From the NCBI GenBank assembly GCA_965112155.1, contig OZ218098.1: 64,000 nt of DNA; one strand, 5' to 3'. Made by a program: the position numbers and the translations under genes. Shown one piece after another: positions 24,650-35,892 of the stretch. Position 1 is the stretch's first letter. Every line of letters begins with the position of its first letter. This DNA is from Podarcis liolepis (taxonomy: Eukaryota). The notes beneath the pieces are model-generated. The model did not search any database. It saw nothing but the letters and a program-made list of their open reading frames with translations, and was not told where the DNA came from.

Positions 24650-27600
24650 GACCAAGCCTAAGAAGTTAGGGCATCCGTGTCACAGTGAAAGAAATTGTGG
24701 TTCTTTGGGATATAACCTTACACATCTAGTTGGTTGCATGTTTCAAAAGATCTGAAAGAAAAGCTTCAGCAAAGACATTATCATTCTAAATCCGTAATAT
24801 ATGCAGCCTTGCATCACACAGTGTGGAAGCATTGATGCTGCATGCTTTTCAGGACATCTAAAGACATGGCAGCATTTGAAGCCATATGCCAGTGGCCAAA
24901 TGGGCAAATACTTCCTATATGCCTGTAGTTCTCCTTTCCTTTCGCTGAGCATTCGGGAACTATGCTTGCTGCAGACTGGGAAACAGCTGCTTCTTTCTAA
25001 CCTAGAGGCAGAAATAAAGTTGTCCCTCTATTGTGGAAAGTCTTTCTCAATGAAAAGGTGACACAGATGTATGTGATCATTATCAAAGTGTGATCACACG
25101 TTCCCGGAAGGCAACTGGGCTCTGGAGAATCTGCTGTTTGCATTTTGAAGAGCCTTCCTCTTCATACAGAATAGTGCTAACACAAGTGCAGAAAGCACCT
25201 GTTTTGTTTTTGGAGTGCGGGTGCCCATTTTCCCTAACAAGACATTATTGCACAAAGTGGAGACCTGGGAAGAAGAAGAAGAGCCTGGCATTTAGCAGAT
25301 CACTCCACACCTGGGCTTAGCAAAGAGAGAGAGAAATCTCATAATTTAAAGGCAGCCAGAGGAATACGAGAAGCAGACAGCATGCCGGGCAGGAGACTGT
25401 CTTTCTCATGTTAACATCTGTCAAGGTAGAAGCTGCTGCTGCTGAATAGCAGCTCCCTTCAGCTTGAAAAACCCTTATGTGTCACATGGCTTTAAAGCTA
25501 AGGAAATATACATATGAATGCTGTCTGGAAAGGAGGAAAATAAAATTGTTATTTAAGAGTTGCAGCCAGCTTTTAAAATTAGATTTTGGATAGGCTGTTG
25601 CCTTAATGATGATGACAGGAATAATCAGTGCTATTTTTCTAGAAAAAGAGGTGCCACAACTCACCACAAACGCCTCCCTCATTCTCTTAGGATGGCAGTG
25701 GTGCCCACCTGAGAGGTGCTAGAGCTGAAAAAATGTCCTGGTTATAATGGCAGTGAAAAATAATCTGAGAACCTAAAGAAAGAGAAATTGACCTTTCCCC
25801 CCTGATTCTGTGTATATGTGTTTCCAATACTCAGCTTTTCTTTCAGGTGAATTTGTTGAGATGGCTGCTCATCATAAATTACCATTCTCTTTCTCCACAA
25901 ATGTACTTAATGATGAAGAAGGATTCTCCCCTTTTCTGGTAATAGAGCTTTTTTACTCTGCTAATAAGAAATCAGGCAGGCGCTGTCCCTGCCAAGTTCC
26001 AGATGCCTAGTTAAAATGGTTTTATATTTCAGGAGACCTTTGCACCATGAATGCTGTTCTGATGTTTTAGTCTCCACTGATTTAATTCATGCTTTACATT
26101 CTGTATTTTGTACATTTTTTTTATCCTTTGTAAGCTGGTTTGAGGCCCAGGTGAGGGGAAAAGCAGAATATAATTTAATAAATAAAGATTATAATTTAAA
26201 AAGGGCTGTCGCTCTTTTTGGAGCAAGGAGCTGGCTCACAGGGGCAAGAAGGGAAGAAGGGATGGAGCCGCAGCTCTCAGTCCCCAATCCAATCTGTGTT
26301 TAAGGCTAGTGATCATTTCCACTAATAATTAAAGAAAAGCAAGCATTCAATTCAATACCATTTGCACAGTAGGACCAAGCTGCCATTTTTTAAAAAAATT
26401 GGCCTGTTTGTTTAGGCAGAACAGAACAGAAGGTGGAAGGGAATCCAGAGGAGACCATATCTCTCTCCTTCCAAACTGCAGTTTTGCTTCGGAGCAGGAG
26501 CTTCAGAAATCAAGAAAGCTCCCCCTCCCCTCCTCTACCACCCGGTTGTCGCTTCCTCTCAGCTGTCATTCCCCAAACACCAGCCATTTATACTGCAGTA
26601 AACAGTACATTAGCTCCCAGACAGTTCTTAATCCGTCATTTCTTTCGTTAGGATCCACTCTGTCTACTCAACAGATGAGGCTCCTTGAAGTGCCTCCCTT
26701 TCTCCTAATGAAGTGGCAGGCAAGTAACCTTTCTCTTTGGCAGAGCCCTGGAGTGGCGCAGTACCACTGCACAAGCATCGCCTCATTTAACCTCCTGTTT
26801 TCTTGATCTCCCTCCCTTTCTCTCCAGCCCTCCCCTTCCCATTACACTTAACGCCCTATGCTGGTGAGATGTTTGACCCTGACATTCCTGGAGGGCGACA
26901 TCCTCCACCAACATTATCCCACCATCTGCTCTGCACTGAACTACTAGCTCCTGGGGTTTCGTTTCTCAGAGCTGTTCCATCCTTGACCTCTGCTGACACT
27001 GAGCCTGCCTGATACTGGAGAGGTGCTTGGGGTGCACAGGCGACAATTCCCCCCTGAGAAATGCACAGTGATTTCTATGAACTGCAAATAAGTTACTTAT
27101 GCCCACGGAACTGGCAGAAGCAGCACCCCTCATTCTCTAATATCATAAAGCTGGTATTCTGAATAACACCATTCATGTTTTAAAGGGAAAACACTACTAG
27201 AAACTGAACGTTTCCTCTAATATTTCACAGGTACTGTAGCTTCTTTTGTGCAACTGAAACCCATGGCTTCTTGACCTGTATGGCCAGAGGAAGCAACCGG
27301 TTTCTATGAGGTACCCTTAAGATGTTGTAGAAACGCAGCACTTATCACCCCTGACCAGTGGCCATGCTGTAAGGGGCTGATGGGAATTGCAGTCCCACCT
27401 GAAGGACACCACTTTGTCTACCCCTGGCTGATGGGATGTGGTCGTTTAGAAAGGTAAAGCAAACACTACTATTCTTATCTCCCCTCCATTCATAATTCTT
27501 TGTCTCTCCTTTCTGTGTAAGAATAAATATGTCCAAACCCTTCAGACATTCTTCAAAATGCTCATGATTTGCATTTAGCGAAAGATGGTGATTCGGAAGG

Positions 27601-27974
27601 CTTCTGTTGCTGTTTCTGAATGGGGATCATAGTATACATTCAGAATGGAAGCCAAAGGTAATCATGATGTGTAACAAACAAGCTGACAAGAGAGCCAACA
27701 GTATAACAAAAGCAACTTATCCTAATATCCACAGTTCTCTACTCTTAAGCACACAGTTGCACTTGACGATCCTTCCTTTTATTTTTAGCCTCTTACATTA
27801 TGCATTCAATGAGCCGCTGTGAGATCTTGGGATTAACTTCTTCTAGAACACCTCTCTGTTGCTAATCAAACTAACCTTGGCTGTTAATTCGCACGTCTTA
27901 GTCACTTTTCCAACCTCTCTGCACCTAATTGTTCCTGAGAACAAACTCCTTGATGACTCTTGCCCTCCTTATCC

Positions 27975-28040
27975 CTATTATTTTTAATACTCTGTTGGGA
28001 GCCACCCAGAGTGGCTGGGGAAACCCAGCCAGATGGGCAG

Positions 28041-28083
<43 letters not shown>
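27975..28083 (+). mobile_element. L2 extreme 3' end with (TTA)n tail
   Basis: Same family as 24528-24649. Confidence 0.8.
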
Positions 28084-28085
<2 letters not shown>

Positions 28086-28145
28086 CAGAGGAGAAAAATG
28101 AATTTTCATTACTTTTTTCTCACTGGTGCATCTTTCCACGTTATT

Positions 28146-28148
<3 letters not shown>

Positions 28149-28182
<34 letters not shown>
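28149..28182. repeat. (TG)n microsatellite
   Basis: Direct reading. Confidence 0.95.
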
Positions 28183-28183
<1 letters not shown>

Positions 28184-31100
28184 ACACGTGCACATGCACA
28201 GTGAATTTTCAGCTGCACGAAAACACGCATATGTTGCATGGAAGCCAGATTTCTTGTCTCAAGGTAATGGAGAAAGGGAGAGAATCACACTTTCCCAGTA
28301 CTCAAATATTTCATCACTGGGGCTAGGATATTTTCCTGTCTACTCACCATGCCACTACCAGTGCCACTGAGACTATTGTGAGAGTATATAGGAATGGTCC
28401 TGGCTCCACTGGAGAGAGCCCATGACATCACTAGCAGCCAGTGACAAATCCTCTCCTCTGTGCTACCCCATTCTGTGCTGTTGTTGTTTCCCAAATTATT
28501 TGATGACATTGATTTCCCTCAGTAATGCTTGTCTCAAATTATCCTTTACATAGAGGCTAGACATGGGGAGGCAGATGCAGACCAGGATTATTGGCCCATC
28601 CACAACACCATACACCCTGCTCTCCCCTCCTCTGATAGCTGAGCATTCATGCAGGGTCATGCAGAAGCCTGTGCATATACAGCAGTATACCCATAGGCTT
28701 CCCTTCATAAATGTTCATGCTCAACCCACAGGTATCAGGGTTAGTGCCAGTTGGGTATCTAATGATATGTATTTGAGAATATCCTAAAACACACATTTTT
28801 TAAATGCAAAGTGGTATGTTTTTTGAACCAAGAACTGCTCAAAAGAATTTAGAGATGTGTGTAACAAACAATTTAAAAGATGATGATGCCCCAGTCTGTG
28901 CACCCATGTACGTTCTGATTCAGGAGGTGAGAATTAAGTCAGTTGGCTTTAAAATGTGGACTGAACATAATTCTGTTCTATTCACAACTGGCAGGACTTC
29001 CAAAAGCTGCAGGTGTGCCATAGCCACACCTTTGTCAAATGGCTCATCTCTCAGGGCTGCATTGGTCTGATGAAGATGACCAGGCATCATGCCTTTGCCT
29101 GCTAAACTGCAGCTCCATCTTTACTCTAAGTACAGCATTCGCAAGAAGACATTTCAAAGGCATGAGCCCAGATTCAGCTGAGTTGCATATGAGCTGCCTC
29201 CATAAAGAACTCATGGCCCCAGCTCTCTTTTTACAGCTCTGAATCTGGAGTGGGTATGCACTCTTGTCTTCCCCAGATTATACTGCCTAACCTAGAGCTA
29301 AGTTATTTGACTGTAAGAAGCTAGTGTTAATGGGATAAAAGGATGAAACACTGCAGCAGGCTGGATGTTGTCATCTCACTGTACACCCAATTACACACCA
29401 CCCAGAACTCAGGATCACTTGGACAATGGGATTAAGTCTAAATGAGCTGGGGGCAGCTGACACTTGACCAAACAACCCTCCTCTCCTCCCCACATCTTCT
29501 GTTGTTCATTATAAATGACCTATTACTGAGTCTGAGGTAATGCAAGCTCCGGTCAGGGCTAACAAAGACGTGGAGGGTGAGATCCTGTTTGTAGTGCACA
29601 ATCCCATTAGGGAAGATTAATCACCTTTTAACTTGCAATTCTGCATCTTGGCTTAAACACCAAGAAGGCAGGGAGAGAAGCATCCATCACATTAACCAAA
29701 CAACGTAGGAAACACTTTGCAGCTGATAAAATACAGGGCATTGAAGAAGCAAACAGGTTGGTCAGAATAAAGGACTTTGTTCTTGGGGTGGGGGACCAGG
29801 AGAGGGAAAGTACATTCAGTTGGGAGGCTATCCTCTTCCCCAAAAGAAGTATGGCAGGGCAAAAGCTCCAGGTGACAACAGAGCCCACTGTGGCTAGATT
29901 ATGCACATATGAACACTAAGTAGTGCTGGAGTGCAATGAGCCTTGAAGAGGTCACCTTGGGGCCTTTGGAAAATACAGGATTGTCATTTGGCAGCCATCT
30001 TCCAAGCATCTTCTGCAATGTCATCAATGAAGATGAGCTTGAGGCCTGAGAAGAAATAGGACAAATGCCAACAGTTGTCCAGTAGTAATAAAACAGGCAG
30101 TTTTTGGTGTATCACACTTGTCTGGATCTCAAATGTGTGTGAGAGGGGGGGGGAGGGAGAGAGAGAGAGACAGAGAGCAGGAACCTGCTTTATAGTGGGT
30201 CAGACTATTTGTCAGTCTAGCCCAATATTGCCTAACTGGCAGTGGCCTGCCAGGATCCTTGGCAGAGGAACATCTTTTGCATCACCCACCACATGATCTT
30301 TTAAACTGGAGGTGAACCTGGAGACTTTTGCATGCATAGTCTATGCTCTATTGTTGAGCTTCTGGTGAAGTAATGAGGAAGGTGAGCAGTTTGGTGTTAA
30401 TGAGGCAGAAGGCATTCCACTATATTCATCTCACTTCTGGCTGGGGATTATTTTTTAATCTACCTTTAGCATTTCAAACCATACAGCTGCAATTTCTCCA
30501 AGACCTCAACTTTTGCTTTGCCACTCCCCTACCTACTGCTATCCATTGTTAGGTGAGTTTCCATCCGCTTTGAAACAGACAGGCATGGGGAAGTCTGAAA
30601 CTGTGGACTAGCCCTGTGCCCCACACCTGCCCCAGATTCTGCTCTCCTTCTGATGATCAAAGTACAACCACTGCAGCATCACCCCCAATTGATTGTACTG
30701 TCTCAGGTAGCCCAGGTAGAACCACAGCCCTCACCAGCTTCCTCCTTAACCATCCCAGATTCTAGCAGCAGGTCACCTGACTGACACCCATTTGATCCTG
30801 TAGCCCTGTCCTTTACAGTTTTGAGGTCTCAGAGCTGTCTGTCTTCCACACCCCACCATTACTAGGGTTGCCATATTTCAAAAAGTTAAAACCAGAACAC
30901 CCAGAAAGCACCACCTTTTGGAAATTCCCCCCAGACATCAATTCCACCTTTGAAATCCCAGAAATGTCTGGGAAAATCCAGACGTACGGCAACCCTAACC
31001 ATTATTGTCTCCTGTGAAGGGCACAGGGATGCACAGTTGCTCTTTTGGGGTGGCCAGCTTGTGAATCACATCAAAGGGGGAGCATCAACCCCCCCAAAAA

Positions 31101-32274
31101 GGATAAAAAAGAAACAGATTTGCATAAACACTACATATGCTAATTTATATGCACAGCTGTGTAAACAGTCCTATCTTGTCTTGCACTACTCACTGGAAAT
31201 CCTACAGGCCTTTAGCCCTGCAGGGTCTGGAAATGTGATACAGATACCCCTCTCAATCGCCCAGCAAAGGAAAGGCAAAGTTTCTGTTGTCAAGACCTGA
31301 CATCAATTCCACTAGACTTGCCCTCCTGCACATTCACAGCAGCTCACCTCCATAATAGCCACTCTTCTAATATTCCCTTATTCATTTCCCAAGGGGAAAT
31401 GAATGCTTTTATTTATTTGTTTATTTATACTGCACAACAAGAGAGTGAGAAAGAGACTGACAGTCTTGGCTCTGACTGACTGTAGCCTAATGCCCAATAA
31501 TTGCTTCAAGCTGACATTGTGAAACATAGCACAATTCCATGCCTCTTATGGTACTTTCCTCACAAGAGGAGGCAGCCCACTACAGTTAAAAAACCAAACA
31601 AAAATCCCTTCTCATCTCAGGCGAGTGAGATCCATTGTGATCTAATTATTTAACCATTCCCTGTAGCGCCACTTCTTGGACAACAAATTACAATTGAGGG
31701 GGGGGGAGGGTAATTTATTCCCTAGGTCACTGCAGAATATTGTCTTTCATTCTTAAATATTCTTATTAACAAATTCTGTAAAAATAAAAAGTGTACTGTA
31801 TTTCACTTCAATTTTTAAAAAAATGGGGGAAGGGAATCACATATAATTTAATAAACATTTGCAAGTGGTTCCTAAGTGAGTTGTAAAAGGGTAGGAGCAC
31901 CTTCCCTATAATGAAAGGTGAATGGAGGATAAGTCTCCTGGTAGCTATCAGAACCAGATTACATACGATTTTAGGAAGTTGTCTTATACCAAATCAGGCT
32001 ATTGGTCTTTACCTTAGTATTTTGGTCAGAGGCTCTCCAGGGTTTCAGATGGGAAGTCTCCCTCAGCCCTACATGGAGATGCTGGGGTTCTGTGCCAAAT
32101 TTAAGAGGCTACATAGCATTACCCCAAAAATGCATGTTATTCTAACAGAAAGGTTAATGGAAGAAGAAATATTGACCATTTACATCTGCAATCCAACAAA
32201 CTGCAACCTAACCATCTAGCTAATATAAAATTTTGTATTAGCTTGAAATTTATGGGTTTCCTGAGACCCTAAAT

Positions 32275-32508
32275 CATAGTTTAGTGGGTGTGTAAAACCG
32301 GCCACTGGTAGCTATTGGCCAGAATTACTATATTGAACCCCCTAGCTTCAGAGGCAGCATTTATTGGAAAACCAGTTGCTGATGAGCCATAGCATGGGAG
32401 GACTACTTCCTTCATGTCTTGCTTGTGGGCTTCTGGCTGACCAATGTGGAAAACAGGGGGCTGGATGAGATAGATCTCTAGTATGATGCAGCAGAATTCT
32501 TCTTATGC
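32275..32508 (+). mobile_element. CR1-type LINE 3' fragment
   Basis: ...gaccaatgtggaaaacagggggctggatgagatagatctcta...ttcttatg tail; homologous to 39945-40109. Confidence 0.6.
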
Positions 32509-32830
32509 TTTTTGCAAAGAGAATGGAAAATATGCTCACAAACAGCCCTGAAGCTCGGAACCGAAAGTGAATATGCTTAGCAAAAATATCATCTTAGATA
32601 CTAGCCTTTGGTGTTGGTGGGGTATGGACTGTGGCCAAGTTTTTTTCTGGCCAATGTGATGTCAATATCCAGAGCTAGCTTGAGCCTGCCCTGTATTGGT
32701 TTAGCATCCTGAAAGCTTGAGCTCCCTCCCACATATTTTCCTAGGTCTGCATCTCTCATTAAAGGTCTTCACTGTTTATTTTATCAACTCTTCTCAGAGG
32801 TATGTATGTAGAGGTTTCTTTCTCTCCCTC

Positions 32831-32863
<33 letters not shown>

Positions 32864-33423
32864 GGGGACCTGATATAGGGTAGTGGATTTGTTGGTTGCA
32901 GAAATGGTTAGGTATGAAGGATGAATGTGTTCACATTTCAAAGCAAACAGACCTAATTAGCCATTCTCATACTTAAATGCAGATTGGAACATAGCTATCC
33001 ATTGGATTACACACTTCTCTGAATTTTGCAGCCCAGTTTCAGTTGAAGAAATTTGCACAAAAATGCAAAGATGGATGGAATAGAGCCACAATACAGCAGA
33101 ATACCACAAGTCTCCAATTATCTCCCCTTCCAAAGGAAGCCAAACAAGTATGCATAGCTCCTGGAACTTCTCGCCACTCAGGGAAGTTTAAAGTGTGTAA
33201 AGGTGTGAAGATCTTCTTAAAACAGCCACTCAAATGCTACCCAACCCCTGACTCTTATCTGCAAAGGAATAACCAAGAGACCCTGACTGAACAACACATC
33301 AGAATACTTCATGGATAACTCTTCATGGGGTCAGTTACAGATAGGTAGCCATGTTGGTCTGCCATAGTCAAAATAAAAAAATTCCTTCCAGTAGCACCTT
33401 AAAGACCAACTAAGTTAGTTCTT

Positions 33424-33463
33424 GGTATGAGCTTTCGTGTGCATGCACACTTCTTCAGATACC
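33424..33463 (-). ncRNA. Minimal type I hammerhead ribozyme motif (minus-strand copy, sense to NRXN3 pre-mRNA)
   Basis: Exact reverse complement of 33475-33514; predicted cleavage 3' of position 33429 on the minus strand. Confidence 0.7.
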
Positions 33464-33474
33464 TGATACCTTCA

Positions 33475-33514
33475 GGTATCTGAAGAAGTGTGCATGCACA
33501 CGAAAGCTCATACC
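33475..33514 (+). ncRNA. Minimal type I hammerhead ribozyme motif (plus-strand copy)
   Basis: GGUAU-CUGAAGA-A-GUGUGCAUGCACAC-GAAA-GC-UC-AUACC: stem I GGUAU/AUACC, conserved CUGANGA and GAAA boxes, palindromic stem II, vestigial palindromic (AGCU) stem III, and a CUC cleavage triplet ending at 33509. Confidence 0.7.
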
Positions 33515-35433
33515 AAGAACTAACTTAGTTGGTCTTTAAGGTGCTACTGGAAGGAATTTTTTTATTTCTTCATAGGGTGCTGTTCTAACACCAACACACT
33601 CTGCCAGCAGAAGTTTGCAAAGCAGTGGAACCACTGCTGAATCCACAGCCTTGCTACTTATAGCAGACATGGAGGAAGGTGGAGGTGGGGGGAGCAGGAT
33701 GAGCAGGCTTGTATTGAGCCTAATGTCATTGTGAAACAGCTGTGAGACCAGCTCAAGGTTCAGCCGGTCTCAAGCCATTTCAGCTCAACCCCTCACCCTC
33801 CTCACCTTCAGAACACCCTTTTCTGGGGCTTTCTTCTAGACCCCATTGGGCCTAGCCAGCGGGCCTCTGTCCCCCTGCATGTGCAGTGGCAGAAAGGGGA
33901 GGCCAGCACTGACAGGAGTCTGGCTCACTCAGGAGGGTTGGGTTTAGAGATATCTCTACTTAATTCAACCCTCATCCAATCCAAACTGGCAAAAGGGGTT
34001 TTGATTGCTCTGCCCATGACCATCTTGGAGAATAAAACACCAATGGAAAGGGCTGCCCTTCCCAATGCAATTCTCCTTATTTATGTTCCTGGTAGATGGC
34101 CTTCCAAAAGTCTTTGCATTGGTGAGGAATATTTCATGATACAGAAATGGCTCTTAGACACGGGGAAAATCACCAGCTTAATCTGACCAGGGAAGCTTTG
34201 CTTTGTAGCCAACGTGATGATGATTATTTCTATTATTATATTTATATCCTGCCTTTCCCCCACTCTGCCCATGTGTTTTTGATCTTGAAAACAATGGTCA
34301 CATTTGCACTTCATGACAGTAAGCCAGGATTCCTAGCCTACTTTGCATCTGCATGTGACCCATTCACTCCTGATTGCTCAAGCAGGTAAAGCTAATCGGA
34401 AAGGGCATCCTATCACAATGAGTGAGCCTGGGATCCTGGTTTTGGCTCCCAACTACGAATCCTAGTTTAGAGACTCCAGTTTACTGTTCTGGCCTGTTTC
34501 AGGATACTGGGCTTACCAGTCCTTCCTAGTTAGTTTTACCCACTCATGCAAAAGGAGGAGCAAAATGACTGAATGTAATGCTCCTTCAAAGAGACCCAAG
34601 ATAAGTCCAGAACCCTGGCTGATTGTGAGGTGCAAGTGTGGCCAATATGAAGCTAAGAGGGGGGAAAAGTTTACTTTTGTGTTCCCTTTTCAGACAATTA
34701 GTGGAGACTTCAAACAACTTGCTAATGGTGACTCCATGATGGAAAGCTCCCCTCCTGCCCCAGTGAAGATACATTACATGGCATTTACTGTGATTATTTA
34801 CAGCAGAGCCTATCAGATTAATAGTTGCCCACTAGAAAACTGCAGATTCAGGACTTCAGGTCCAAATGAGTCCTGAAGCAAGTGTGTAACCTTTGCAACA
34901 ACTATGGAAAGAGAGTCATTATTTAAAGCAATGCTGTCAATTTAGCTTAGGCTGTGAAATTTCAGGAGGATTAAATAAAGAAGCTGCTTCTTAAACAAAC
35001 TTGAGGCATCTTTTCCTTGACTATGGACAATGTTTTTGGCCTCCAAATGAAAATGGGAAGCCCAGGCCATCAACAGAAGGTGAAACTAGCCACTAGAAAG
35101 TATAGGGAAGGAAGCCGTTAATCGAAGAAATCTACAAACCTTTAAGTGGCATGAGTTGAGTGCTGAACTGAATGTCCAACCTCCCAAATTTCTCACTATT
35201 CTCGTTGAACATTAGAAGCACTAGACATTCAGGTGGAAGGATATTCAGGTGGGGATAGTAACATCTGCAGAATATACTGCCATGTGGTCTGAGGGTTTCT
35301 TTCCCCATTCCCCTTTTTAGTCACTTTAAAAGCAAAGACACAGATCAGATGAGATCTGGCCAGCAACACAACTACTGTGTCATTTGAAAAATGGAGCCAC
35401 AAATGTCCTTGGGAAGAAGCTATGTGATGCAGT

Positions 35434-35533
35434 GTTGTTGTTGTTTAGTTGTGTCCAACTCTTTGTGACCCCATGGACCAGAGCACGCCAGACACTCCTG
35501 TCTTCCACTGCCTCCCACAGTTTGGTCAAACTC
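35434..35533 (-). mobile_element. BovB (RTE) LINE 3' terminal fragment with 7-bp TSD
   Basis: MSLTKLWEAVEDRSVWRALVHGVTKSWTQLN matches the BovB/RTE C-terminus; (CAA)n tail; ATGCAGT at 35427-35433 and 35534-35540. Confidence 0.88.
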
Positions 35534-35849
35534 ATGCAGTAGGCATTGTTATTTAGGCATTTCATGGGGTGAGGGGAAGATGGCCACCACCATGAGCTGC
35601 CCATGGGGGCAGCAATTCACCCTATTTCGCCCCTGGCAGTGATGCTATATAATCACCTACTATCTTTCCGGGGGTGGTGGGGTAACTCCAGTATTTTTTT
35701 CAAAGCAGACAAGGTATGAGACATCTGCATTGCCAGTGGGTACACGACTGAACTATGGTTTCACTTTTATAATAACAAAAAATCATCTCTTACACCACTT
35801 ATATATTTGTAAGACGTACTACTTCCACCTGAGAACCTTGCAATTTTAA

Positions 35850-35850
<1 letters not shown>

Positions 35851-35890
<40 letters not shown>
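35851..35890. repeat. (CA)20 microsatellite
   Basis: Direct reading. Confidence 0.95.

Positions 35891-35892
<2 letters not shown>

Larger units (their letters stand above)
33332..33567. mobile_element. Penelope-like element (PLE) remnant forming an inverted repeat, with about 11-bp TSD
   Basis: Perfect 96-bp arms at 33371-33466 and 33472-33567 with a 5-nt spacer, flanked by cttcatggggt (33321-33331) and cttcatagggt (33568-33578). Inverted pseudo-LTR ends with hammerhead cores are characteristic of PLEs. Confidence 0.85.
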
